64,000 nucleotides of DNA from a virus (Duplodnaviria > Heunggongvirae > Uroviricota > Caudoviricetes). A program made the position numbers and the translations under genes. Every line of letters starts with the position of its first letter. Positions within the stretch are counted from its first letter, which is position 1. Shown here one piece after another: positions 46,912 to 56,039 of this stretch. The notes below the pieces were generated by a model. The model was not told the DNA's origin and ran no database searches. It worked only from the letters and a program-made list of their open reading frames with translations. The stretch lies in the IMG/VR virus record IMGVR_UViG_3300017650_000009; one strand, 5' to 3'.

Positions 46912-47652
46912 ATGCGTGAGAAGCTACTCGACATTATCAAGCATACTGGTGGTCTTGGTTTTGTGGAAGTCGTACGTGTAACTGGTACCGACGAGTCCAC
47001 CGTTTTTGAAGCAACCGACAACGACCGCACAATCATCATTCGTGCAGAACTTAAGGAAGTAGAACCATCGCTTAAGGGCGAATTTGGTATGCGCAACCTT
47101 AACATCTTGCAGGGACTTTTGAATCACGCTCCATATAAGGCAGACGGCGCAAAGCTCGATGTTAAGCGTGAACTTAAGGACGGAGCGGAAACTCCAGTTG
47201 AACTGACGTTCAAGACCGAAGATGGCAAGAACCCTGCGTTTTTCCGCTTTATGGCTGCAAACTTGGTTCCACCACAACCACAGCTCAAGCACAAGTCCTG
47301 GGATATTGATGTTACCCCAACTGATTCCAAGATCCTGGAGTTCTCTAACATTGCAAGCCTATATTCGAGCATTGAAAACTATTTCAGTGTTGTTACAAAG
47401 GACGGCGATTTGGAGTTCCACATTGGTGACGAAAAGGGTTCGAACCATAGTGCAAGTCTAGTATTTGCAAGTGGTGTTGAAGGCGAAATTAAGACAACCC
47501 TATATTGGCCATTCCAGCAGGTTCTTAACGTGTTGAAGATTGGTAAGGGCGAAAAGCCTAAGCTCCAGATTATGAATCTCGGCGCACTCCAGATCACACT
47601 GGAATCCGAATATGCCAATTACAGCATGATTCTTCCTGCACGTAAGAAGTAA
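46912..47652 (+). CDS. probable DNA polymerase sliding clamp (gp45-like)
   Basis: About 246 aa, two-domain alpha/beta pattern, next to polymerase. Confidence 0.55.
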   Translation: MREKLLDIIKHTGGLGFVEVVRVTGTDESTVFEATDNDRTIIIRAELKEVEPSLKGEFGMRNLNILQGLLNHAPYKADGAKLDVKRELKDGAETPVELTFKTEDGKNPAFFRFMAANLVPPQPQLKHKSWDIDVTPTDSKILEFSNIASLYSSIENYFSVVTKDGDLEFHIGDEKGSNHSASLVFASGVEGEIKTTLYWPFQQVLNVLKIGKGEKPKLQIMNLGALQITLESEYANYSMILPARKK

Positions 47653-47658
47653 AATTTA

Positions 47659-47729
47659 GGGCCCGCAACCGCTCCAAGGGAGGTGATTATAAATCACTGC
47701 AAACGCGAGTTTGCAAAACCATTGGGCCC
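47659..47729 (+). ncRNA. candidate multibranch structured RNA
   Basis: GGGCCC/GGGCCC closing stem around three contiguous hairpins, one with a GCGA tetraloop. Confidence 0.55.
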
Positions 47730-47731
47730 AC

Positions 47732-47759
47732 AGGGGTACCACATCGGTACCCCTTTTTT
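47732..47759 (+). terminator. intrinsic terminator
   Basis: AGGGGTACC-ACATC-GGTACCCCT plus T-run. Confidence 0.8.
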
Positions 47760-47772
47760 ATCTGGAGAAGCT

Positions 47773-48321
47773 ATGGCTATTTTAGATTTATCACAAATTG
47801 GTCCGCCCCGTCAGGATTTATTAACTGTGTGTCTAGAACATGCCCTAGTGCGTGCTGCATTTGAACATTATCGAGCTAGTGGGTCACCCGCGGAATATGA
47901 AGATCTAATTACAAATTTGGGTATTAATCCAGAAGCATATTCGCCATTTTCGTTATTTCGGGTTCATGGCGTGTTCTCTCCCCAAGTACAAGTTCCATTG
48001 CGGGCTACCAAGCTGGGGTTCTATGATGGCTTCAATACATTTTGTGTCATGTCAACCTTACATGGACTTGATAAACACATTGACCTAATAACTCCGGAAA
48101 TGATCGAAATACTCAAGTACGGTTCGCCTTCGTTGGCTAGGAAATTCTATTTGGCTACTCGTCCACATGATGATTCCCTAGCGCAACAGCTTGTGATTTT
48201 GGATCGTTTTAAGAAAGATGAATTACGCGGTGCAGGGTATTATGTACCGAGGATTCTTGATCGACATAATTATCGTATTGTCGAACTCATGTATTTGGAT
48301 TATTTGCAAAATAACACCTAA
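47773..48321 (+). CDS. hypothetical protein
   Basis: GGAG RBS before MAILD. Confidence 0.65.
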   Translation: MAILDLSQIGPPRQDLLTVCLEHALVRAAFEHYRASGSPAEYEDLITNLGINPEAYSPFSLFRVHGVFSPQVQVPLRATKLGFYDGFNTFCVMSTLHGLDKHIDLITPEMIEILKYGSPSLARKFYLATRPHDDSLAQQLVILDRFKKDELRGAGYYVPRILDRHNYRIVELMYLDYLQNNT

Positions 48322-48380
48322 AATATTGAGTCATATATGGGAATCATGTAGACTTTCCATATCTAGAGGAGATCACAATA

Positions 48381-48758
48381 ATGAAAAAAGAAACTATGAT
48401 CTGGGTTAATTTTAAGAAGGAAGGCATTCACAAGTATCCGGCCGCTCTTACTGACCCGAACCTCGCCACAGGAGACGAATACGACGTCAGCTTCCTGGGC
48501 TATCCACACCGTCATCAGTTTGGATTCAAGGTTGCAATTAGCGTAACCCACAACGACCGAGATATCGAATTCATACAATTTAAGCGTTGGCTTGAATCGC
48601 TATATCGTGACAATGTGTTGGAACTCGATTATAAGAGTTGTGAAATGATGTCTGAGGAACTTTACGAGCAAATCATCGCTCGCTATCCGAATCGTACGGT
48701 TGAGATAACAGTCGATGAAGATGGTGAAAATGGTGCAACGACTCGTTGGAGCGTCTAA
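48381..48758 (+). CDS. QueD-like T-fold protein (LxxxHRHxF, DpdL-like)
   Basis: EGIH, LGYPHRHQF, DRDIEF, SCEM, EDGENGA. Confidence 0.75.
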   Translation: MKKETMIWVNFKKEGIHKYPAALTDPNLATGDEYDVSFLGYPHRHQFGFKVAISVTHNDRDIEFIQFKRWLESLYRDNVLELDYKSCEMMSEELYEQIIARYPNRTVEITVDEDGENGATTRWSV

Positions 48759-49822
48759 TGAATATTTTCATCATGGCATTGGAGCCACTTGAGACTCGTT
48801 ATACGGGTCAGTGGTTCAAACATATTCCGCAGCTTCTACAAGACGCAGCGAAGGCCAATGGCAGCGATGTAACCGTCTATAACGTAGCAGGGGAGCAAAC
48901 AAGCTCCACTGTTACTGCGGGCGCGTTCTTGAATTTTACCGCTACTAATATTTGGAAGAACACTCAAATCAACAAGCTTGCAAGTTGGTTTGCAGATGGA
49001 ACAGTTCGTCCTGGCGATAAAGTTCTGTTCACCGATGCATGGCATACAGGGATTATCCAGACCCGCTATATGAGCGAACTAACTGATATTCCAGTTGAAA
49101 TCCATAGTATGTGGCATGCGGGATCGTATGATCCACAAGATTTCCTAGGTCGTAAAGTAAAGGACAAAACCTGGTCATTTAGTGTTGAACGTGCAATGTA
49201 TGAGGCATCGGATGTCAATTATTTTGCTACCAGTTTCCATCACAGATTGTTCAGGGAAACCCTTTACGGTGATAGTCACTTCACTGCTAGGGATTGTATT
49301 TCGGGCCAGCCACACGGCGAGTTGATTGCCAAGCTCAAACCGTTCAAGGGACTTGAAAAGCGTGATCTAGTTTTGTTTCCGCATCGTGTAGCACCGGAAA
49401 AGCAAGTAGACATCTTTAGGGATCTAGCCAAGCATCTTCCAGATGTGGAATTTATTGTGTGCCAGGAACAAAAGCTATCGAAGGATGAATATCACCGCTT
49501 ACTTGGTGAAGCAAAGGTTATATTCAGCGCAAACCTTCAAGAAACCCTAGGTATATCGGCAATGGAAGGAATTCTAGTCGATACACTACCAATGCTTCCG
49601 GATAGACTAAGTTATTCGGAAATGTATGAGGACGTCTATAAGTACCCAAGTGAATGGACTGAATCATGGGAAGCCTACGATAAGCACCGTGTTGAAGTAA
49701 TTGCATTCCTCCGTTACTTGCTAACAGCCGAAACACCTACCAATACTATCGAGATCCAACGTGAGCGTTTGCTTCGTGATTATCTCAGTGCTGGTCCAAT
49801 GGTGGAACGTCTGCTTGCTTGA
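48758..49822 (+). CDS. GT-B (family 4-like) glycosyltransferase
   Basis: HAGSYD, FPHRVAPEKQ, QETLGISAMEG (E-x7-E), P.RLSY.EM; TAATG-coupled to T-fold gene. Confidence 0.8.
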   Translation: MNIFIMALEPLETRYTGQWFKHIPQLLQDAAKANGSDVTVYNVAGEQTSSTVTAGAFLNFTATNIWKNTQINKLASWFADGTVRPGDKVLFTDAWHTGIIQTRYMSELTDIPVEIHSMWHAGSYDPQDFLGRKVKDKTWSFSVERAMYEASDVNYFATSFHHRLFRETLYGDSHFTARDCISGQPHGELIAKLKPFKGLEKRDLVLFPHRVAPEKQVDIFRDLAKHLPDVEFIVCQEQKLSKDEYHRLLGEAKVIFSANLQETLGISAMEGILVDTLPMLPDRLSYSEMYEDVYKYPSEWTESWEAYDKHRVEVIAFLRYLLTAETPTNTIEIQRERLLRDYLSAGPMVERLLA

Positions 49823-49877
49823 GGTAAAATCCCTACTCGCATAACTACGGGTAGGGAATTTACTTTACGAGGAACAA

Positions 49878-50261
49878 ATGAATTTAGACTACACTATCAC
49901 CAATGCGGTTCGGAGCACATTTATTCCGGAACGCTTTCTACTTACATCGGGACCCATTCTCGATATGTTTAATAATCAAATATGTATGAGTGTTCAACTT
50001 GAGGGAGGATCATCTAGTGATTTTGCCTATATTGAGGAACCCCTAACATATAAGATATTGGATGAAGTTTTTATTTGGGGCGATACATATGGAGCTAAAG
50101 GTTCCTGGTCAATTATACCCCATACAAAATCTCGTGATCCGGGTGATTCCATCCTTAAGGATCGTTTCTTCAATTTTACTTTCGGTTTTGTTTTCGAGAA
50201 TAAAGAAGATTCTGATTTGTTTATGAGTACATTTGTTATCCTAAATAAGCTTTCTGCGTAA
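49878..50261 (+). CDS. hypothetical protein, FKL-type module
   Basis: W..W...FVFENKEDSDLF...ILNKL; GAGGA RBS. Confidence 0.65.
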   Translation: MNLDYTITNAVRSTFIPERFLLTSGPILDMFNNQICMSVQLEGGSSSDFAYIEEPLTYKILDEVFIWGDTYGAKGSWSIIPHTKSRDPGDSILKDRFFNFTFGFVFENKEDSDLFMSTFVILNKLSA

Positions 50262-50270
50262 TCAAAATTA

Positions 50271-50299
50271 TTGACATTCCGAGTGGATTCCCATATAGT
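50271..50299 (+). promoter_or_regulatory. sigma70-type promoter of folE
   Basis: TTGACA-17 nt-TATAGT. Confidence 0.65.
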
Positions 50300-50357
50300 A
50301 GGTATATTGCAAATATTCCTATACAATAATAAAAACAATAATTTAGGAGAAATTTTA

Positions 50358-51089
50358 ATGAGCAAAGAAGTCAAACTTACCGTTAATAGCGGGCAAGAGA
50401 CGAAGCCGATCAGTGAAGTCATTAAAGATAGAATCGTGGCCGCAAATGGCAACTTCTTCAGTAACGACAACATCAGCGAGTACATAGGTGAGGGTGAAGA
50501 AACCAAGCTTATTGACGAGCTAACTGAAAAGTTTGAGGGTGTCCTCAAGAGCCTGGTCATCGATATTGACAATGATCCGAATAGCGCGGATACTGGACGT
50601 CGTCTTGCAAAGATGTATGTGAATGAGCTATTCGAGGGACGTTATTCCAAGCAGCCAAAGGCAACAGCTTTCCCAAATGAAGGTGATGCCAAATATGATG
50701 GTATGCTAGTGGTTCGTTCCGAATTGAAATCGGTGTGCTCTCACCATCACCAGCCAGTTACTGGCACCGCTTATATCGGAATTATTCCGGGCAAGAAGGT
50801 GATTGGATTGTCCAAATATACTCGTATTGCGCAATGGCATGCCCGTCGCGGTACACTACAAGAGGAACTCTGCCAGCGTATTCAGAAGAGTATCTCGCAG
50901 ATTACCGAAACTCCTAACGTCGCTGTCTACATTGTAGCATCACATGGTTGTTGCGAAAATCGCGGAATCATGGCGAAGAACTCCAAGACCCAAACCACTG
51001 TATTGGGCGGTGATTTTAAGCGTTCTGACTTGAAGCAGGAATTCTTCGATAACATCAAGCTGCAGAGCGGCGGATTCTCCTGCGACTAA
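50358..51089 (+). CDS. folE: GTP cyclohydrolase I
   Basis: T..R.AKMY, CSHH, GLSK, LQE, HGC..RG. Confidence 0.93.
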   Translation: MSKEVKLTVNSGQETKPISEVIKDRIVAANGNFFSNDNISEYIGEGEETKLIDELTEKFEGVLKSLVIDIDNDPNSADTGRRLAKMYVNELFEGRYSKQPKATAFPNEGDAKYDGMLVVRSELKSVCSHHHQPVTGTAYIGIIPGKKVIGLSKYTRIAQWHARRGTLQEELCQRIQKSISQITETPNVAVYIVASHGCCENRGIMAKNSKTQTTVLGGDFKRSDLKQEFFDNIKLQSGGFSCD

Positions 51090-51101
51090 TGGGTTTGGCC
51101 A

Positions 51102-51458
51102 ATGATGGATTTTGTCATTCCATATCAGGCGTTTCAACTTGAGTTAGCTCATCTCGAAAATCAAATGATTTTTATTCTCCAATACAAACACGTTTGTATG
51201 CGTGAGGATATATTTGAGATAATGACATCATTGGCCCAAACACAAACGGACGAAGAACTCATCACAAGGCTCAAACAACTTATGGTACTAGTACGATTAA
51301 TAGCACCACAACTGTTTGAGCTTTATGTGATCCAAAACCGCATAATTACGGCGAGGGGTTTTTACGGAGATGATTATTTCTTACATTTGCCATTATATGA
51401 GTTGAATGTACGAAAACATGAGCTTGAAACAGAGGTATCAAATCTTGACTCCCTTTGA
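51102..51458 (+). CDS. hypothetical protein
   Basis: 118-aa ORF after folE. Confidence 0.55.
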   Translation: MMDFVIPYQAFQLELAHLENQMIFILQYKHVCMREDIFEIMTSLAQTQTDEELITRLKQLMVLVRLIAPQLFELYVIQNRIITARGFYGDDYFLHLPLYELNVRKHELETEVSNLDSL

Positions 51459-51840
51459 TTATGAAACACCACAAACAATTCACAAAGTACCATTCGCACC
51501 ATTTACGGATCAACATGTTCCGGACTTTGATGAATCCATGCTTGCACTTGCGATTCGTAATACGGAATTTCGTAGAATTGATATTGCAGGCAATGTTGTG
51601 GAAACACATACTTTGCCTTTGGACCCAAATAGTTTGTCGTTCAAAGCATTAGAGGGTGATTACATATATTTGATGACTTGGTACTACAATGAGCATCGTA
51701 AATCCAATACTCGTCATGGTCATTACATCATGTTGTATTTGATCGGCGACACATATCATTGGAAACTTAATGATGCATTTGTGGATAAGATTCTCAAGTG
51801 GTTCACATGTGGTTTCGATGATCTCTTCGACTTAAAATAA
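51406..51840 (+). CDS. hypothetical protein
   Basis: 144-aa ORF, start uncertain. Confidence 0.55.
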   Translation: MYENMSLKQRYQILTPFDYETPQTIHKVPFAPFTDQHVPDFDESMLALAIRNTEFRRIDIAGNVVETHTLPLDPNSLSFKALEGDYIYLMTWYYNEHRKSNTRHGHYIMLYLIGDTYHWKLNDAFVDKILKWFTCGFDDLFDLK

Positions 51841-51904
51841 TATTGCGAATATATTGATGATGTTGTTATGTTGGATAATAAAATCAACTAACGGATTAAA
51901 GATT

Positions 51905-52846
51905 ATGAATAATATTTTTGCCATTGATCAAGAATCTACAAATAAAGCCAATAGGGCTTATGCAAAATATAATGCAAAAATTAAAAATGAATCCAAACTC
52001 AGTGTAATGCTAGGAAGCAATATTGGATTGGAAGATCAAAAAGCAGTTGTTTATCCAAATAAGACTGCAGGAACCAAATTCAATATTACTAATTCTCAAT
52101 TTAATGTTTATCTTGCATATGGGTTTAATTATCCCAAATTTATGTATGATCCATATAAATCCAATTTTGTAATGATATTGTCGAAATTCAAGCCCCACGA
52201 CCATGTTAAGATGTCAGCAAAGCAAAAAGGTAATACCGGTGGTGTTGATATTACATTCAAACAAAAGCATAAGACGATGACTGATGCTTTTGGATGGAAT
52301 GATGGATATACCGTATTTCTTCATCTTAGAAATACCGCTAATGTAAATCTTAAAGATGATATGCAAATTGAATTTGATATGCTTGAGCAAGATTCGCAAG
52401 CGTTAAACGTTAACGGTTATCGAATGGCATTCAATATTCCAAATGTTGATCGTAACATCAAATACAGACTAGAGGCATTCAAAACCAACATCAGCGCGTC
52501 TGCTTACGAACGTTATCGGAAAGAAGTAGATATGTTAACTGACCAATCAATTAAGATTGATGTAGATTTGATTAAAGATTCAAATTTACGCAATAATCCA
52601 GGTATGTCAGTGGATCATATTTTTTCAGTACACGATGGGTTCAAATATAATTTACCTACAGAATTAATTGCGCATCATGTAAACTTGCAATATTTGCCAT
52701 TAGCTGGATATAATGGAAATTGTTCTAAAAATAAAAACAGTTGGCAATCGATTCAAGATCTTATAATTGCGTATAAGAACGCAACTGGTATGGTACCACT
52801 TGGCATTAATAACATCAAGTTTGGTGATTATTTTGAAGATGCTTGA
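51905..52846 (+). mobile_element. AT-rich HNH-like endonuclease ORF
   Basis: C-terminal SVDHIFSV..GF...NLQ.L....N..K; strongly AT-rich. Confidence 0.6.
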
Positions 52847-52921
52847 ATAGGCAATGACCATAAAATAATATTGCATTTTGCTGGAAGCCCAAGCTATTCT
52901 GGCAGAATAAGGAGTTTTTAT

Positions 52922-53809
52922 ATGTTTGGACGTAACGAATTAGTCGGAAAAAAGTATTTCAAAGACGCCGACGCACAACAGCTTTTCGTAACCTCAATGT
53001 TCATGACATTGCAGGGTGAAGGACCATTCCGAGGCATGCCGGCGTTCTTCATTCGTCTGGCAAAATGCAACCTTCAATGCAGTTTCTGCGATACATTCTT
53101 CGACGATGGTGACTGGCTCACTTTCGATCAGATTGAGCAGCGCGTTGAGGAAACAATCGAGGACTTCTATAAGTCAATCGATATGGAACGTCCCGACTGG
53201 ACCCAGCATGGCGTTCAAAAGAAGCGTATGGTTCTTGTGATGACTGGTGGTGAACCAATGCTCCAGGATAACATCGGACCATTCCTCGAGCGTATGAGCG
53301 GCATCTTCCAGGATACGCAGATTGAGTCCAATGGCACTCAGAACACTGTGATTCCAGAATCTACTACTCTCGTTATTAGTCCGAAGTGTTTGGAGAAGCG
53401 TGATGCGGTTACGGGCGAAATGCGAGCTACTCGTTATTTGACTCCGAGACCTGAGGTTCTAGAACGTGCAACTTGCTTGAAGTTTGTCATGGAAGCTGAT
53501 CCAGAATCCCCATATAGCGTGGTTCCTGATTGGGCTCATGAATGGGCTCGTGTTTATGGTCGTCCGATTTTTGTAAGTCCGATGAACAATTACAATGATA
53601 TCCCAGCGATGTCGAAGAAGCAACGCGCACTGAACAATGGTATCTCTCTTGAAGAACGTTCGACGGTGGACGAAGTTATCAGCTTCTGGGAACCCGGTTT
53701 GCTTAACATGGAAGAGAATCAAAAGAATCATGAATATGCAGCTCGCTATTGTGTTACACATGGTTGCATTTTGAATTTGCAGATTCATCTTTACGCAAGT
53801 CTTGCTTAA
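52922..53809 (+). CDS. queE: 7-carboxy-7-deazaguanine synthase (radical SAM)
   Basis: TLQGEG, FIRL, CNLQCSFCDT, TGGEP, IESNG, ISPK, LQ.H; TAAGGAG RBS. Confidence 0.9.
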   Translation: MFGRNELVGKKYFKDADAQQLFVTSMFMTLQGEGPFRGMPAFFIRLAKCNLQCSFCDTFFDDGDWLTFDQIEQRVEETIEDFYKSIDMERPDWTQHGVQKKRMVLVMTGGEPMLQDNIGPFLERMSGIFQDTQIESNGTQNTVIPESTTLVISPKCLEKRDAVTGEMRATRYLTPRPEVLERATCLKFVMEADPESPYSVVPDWAHEWARVYGRPIFVSPMNNYNDIPAMSKKQRALNNGISLEERSTVDEVISFWEPGLLNMEENQKNHEYAARYCVTHGCILNLQIHLYASLA

Positions 53810-53819
53810 GAGCAAAACA

Positions 53820-54035
53820 ATGAATAATGAAGTGCTAGTATTGCGTTCATCATATGGAAATACTCTGGGGGTCATACGTAAGGATATGGTCGCCGGAGTA
53901 ATTATTGCAACCGATGACGAATATACATTCACAGTCATTCTGAATAATGGAAAGACTTTTAGTTATTGGTTTGGTTCAAACTCATTGATGGACGACGAAC
54001 TAGCACGTATTGTTTCGGATATGGGATGGGAATGA
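53820..54035 (+). CDS. small hypothetical protein, paralogue of 54032..54253
   Basis: IR+..V.G...DD..F.V.. and terminal MGW. Confidence 0.6.
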   Translation: MNNEVLVLRSSYGNTLGVIRKDMVAGVIIATDDEYTFTVILNNGKTFSYWFGSNSLMDDELARIVSDMGWE

Positions 54036-54253
54036 ACTACGAGTTCACTGATATTAATGGCACCATTGTTGCCAAACACATACACGCGAAATTACCCAGC
54101 TTTATTATTCGCCGTGAAAGCATTTTGGGAATAACAACTGTGGGTAGTTCCGATGACTATTTTATCGTGCATGTGTTAACTCCTGCGGAGCTCATTAAAT
54201 TCACAGCAAAAGAAGATGACATTTTATCGCTCATTGCCATAATGGGATGGTAA
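54032..54253 (+). CDS. small hypothetical protein
   Basis: ATGA overlap; ends IMGW. Confidence 0.6.
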   Translation: MNYEFTDINGTIVAKHIHAKLPSFIIRRESILGITTVGSSDDYFIVHVLTPAELIKFTAKEDDILSLIAIMGW

Positions 54254-54295
54254 AATATTGAAATAACCTAGCATACCGTTTATATTGGAATAGAT

Positions 54296-54541
54296 ATGGA
54301 ACTTTATCGTTTTAGTCCTTTCATGGCATATGATCACGAACAGGGAATGTTTGTTTTTGATATTATTGAAGGTGGCTCAAAGCAGCTTCCCCAGCATTTT
54401 ATTACTGAAGTAAAAGCCGAGGACAATGCTGTTCGTATTATTTGCGACACGAAGTACCGCAAAGAAACATTTTTAGTTGAGAGTAAGGATCCGGAACATG
54501 ATGTGGAAGAGCTTCTTTGGCTGTTGGATGAATTCGAGTGA
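54296..54541 (+). CDS. small hypothetical protein
   Basis: Follows TTGAAA-17 nt-TATATT. Confidence 0.55.
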   Translation: MELYRFSPFMAYDHEQGMFVFDIIEGGSKQLPQHFITEVKAEDNAVRIICDTKYRKETFLVESKDPEHDVEELLWLLDEFE

Positions 54542-54743
54542 AGAGGTTTCAAAACCCACACGATTAAGGGTTAGTAAGCATCCACAAGTACGTACCACAT
54601 ATACCTTGGACCGAAATCGTCCTCTCACACTTTCGGAGATTGAGTTTCTACTATTGGCTCATATGAATCAGTTCGTCGTAAGCGAGGAACTATATTTGAA
54701 TATGACGCCGGAACTCCAATCACAGTTTAAGGTGACAAAATAA
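54528..54743 (+). CDS. small hypothetical protein
   Basis: TAATG coupling to next gene. Confidence 0.5.
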   Translation: MNSSEEVSKPTRLRVSKHPQVRTTYTLDRNRPLTLSEIEFLLLAHMNQFVVSEELYLNMTPELQSQFKVTK

Positions 54744-55480
54744 TGGCAAAACTTCCTTTCTGGGCAAACCCATCACACTGGGGACTTAAGGGTAAGGAAC
54801 TGGAAATAGCTCGTGCACATCACGAGCTTTCTGGTTATGAGCTTTCAAAGCGATTGTTGGAGATCGAATACTCTGGCACGATCACACCCGCACAAGAACT
54901 CGAATATAAAGAGAAACTGTATCTGTTGGATCACAACAGGGGAAAGTACACTCGTAAAGAAGTTACTGAATTGATAACTGAACTTCGCCATCCTCGCAAA
55001 TCGGTTGAATTTAAAATTGCGATGGTCGATTATGCAATTGAAGAAGAAGGTCTAGACGAGTTCGAGGGTGAGCATAAGAAACTCGATATTCGCTTTCGTA
55101 AAAAAGATGATCCAGAATATCTGCTCGCCAAAGCAAATTTAGAACGCAAGTTTGATATGATCTCTGAACGTGAATATGCAAAGAATGTTGCAACCGCACG
55201 TAATGAACCTTGGGTGGAAATTGTAGATTCAAAAATCGCATATGGTGGTTCCAATGGTAATCAAATGAGTTTCGAGTTAGATTGGAACCAGCCATTTGTT
55301 GATGATTTACGTCGTAATGGATGGACTGGTCAGCACGATGCAGATGTGGTAGATCAATGGTTCACAAACCTTTGTATGGATATGATGAGTCCGTTTGCTG
55401 ATACTTTGCCAGATGACGGGCAACCTACACAAATAACCAAACGTAATGATTTGGGCAACGATAAGTCGGAGTATTCGTAA
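54743..55480 (+). CDS. hypothetical phage protein
   Basis: 245 aa, EPWV...FELDWN..FV motif. Confidence 0.7.
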   Translation: MAKLPFWANPSHWGLKGKELEIARAHHELSGYELSKRLLEIEYSGTITPAQELEYKEKLYLLDHNRGKYTRKEVTELITELRHPRKSVEFKIAMVDYAIEEEGLDEFEGEHKKLDIRFRKKDDPEYLLAKANLERKFDMISEREYAKNVATARNEPWVEIVDSKIAYGGSNGNQMSFELDWNQPFVDDLRRNGWTGQHDADVVDQWFTNLCMDMMSPFADTLPDDGQPTQITKRNDLGNDKSEYS

Positions 55481-55995
55481 TGCGCGTAATTAATCTCTTT
55501 GGTGGACCAGGCGCAGGTAAATCCACTACCGCGGCCAGTGTGTTTGTGGAACTCAAATGCCGTGGCTTAAATGTCGAGCTCGTAACCGAATATGCCAAGG
55601 ATCTAACTTGGGAAGCACGACATAATGTGCTTTCGGATCAGGTTTATATTCTGGCTAAACAGCATAGACGTATTGCACGTCTAGAGGGTAAAGTCGATTG
55701 GGTAGTAACGGATGCTCCGTTTATCCTAGGTCTCGTTTATACACCTGAGGATTATTTGCGTAATTTCGAACCACTATTGATGGAACTTTGGAACCAATAC
55801 GAAAACAATTGTTTTCTATTGGAACGCGGAGATATTAAGTTCCACCAGGCCGGTCGTAATCAAAATCTAGAGCAAGCTAAGGAAATTGATGCTACCTTGC
55901 GTAATCTACTTGAAACTCGAGGTGTTGATTTCACGGAAATTCGTACCGGAGACACCGCAGCAAAAGACATCCTTAAGAAATTGAATATTGACTGA
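55480..55995 (+). CDS. P-loop kinase (NadR/AAA_28-like)
   Basis: GGPGAGKST, EYAK, VTD.P, GR.Q. Confidence 0.8.
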   Translation: MRVINLFGGPGAGKSTTAASVFVELKCRGLNVELVTEYAKDLTWEARHNVLSDQVYILAKQHRRIARLEGKVDWVVTDAPFILGLVYTPEDYLRNFEPLLMELWNQYENNCFLLERGDIKFHQAGRNQNLEQAKEIDATLRNLLETRGVDFTEIRTGDTAAKDILKKLNID

Positions 55996-56039
55996 TAGGG
56001 CTAACCTATTGCAATATATGAGAAATTAAGGAATTTTTT

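Noticed and set aside
47659-47729. Second tRNA
   Set aside because: Cloverleaf-like, but no TTC T-loop, no D-loop GG and no 7-nt anticodon loop; kept as an unknown RNA.
47773-48321. Possible dpdA/tgt transglycosylase by position
   Set aside because: Too short and no DSG or other TGT motifs.
51406-51840. Possible queD because of an HGH motif between folE and queE
   Set aside because: Lacks the upstream catalytic Cys and the DH/E pattern; not supportable.
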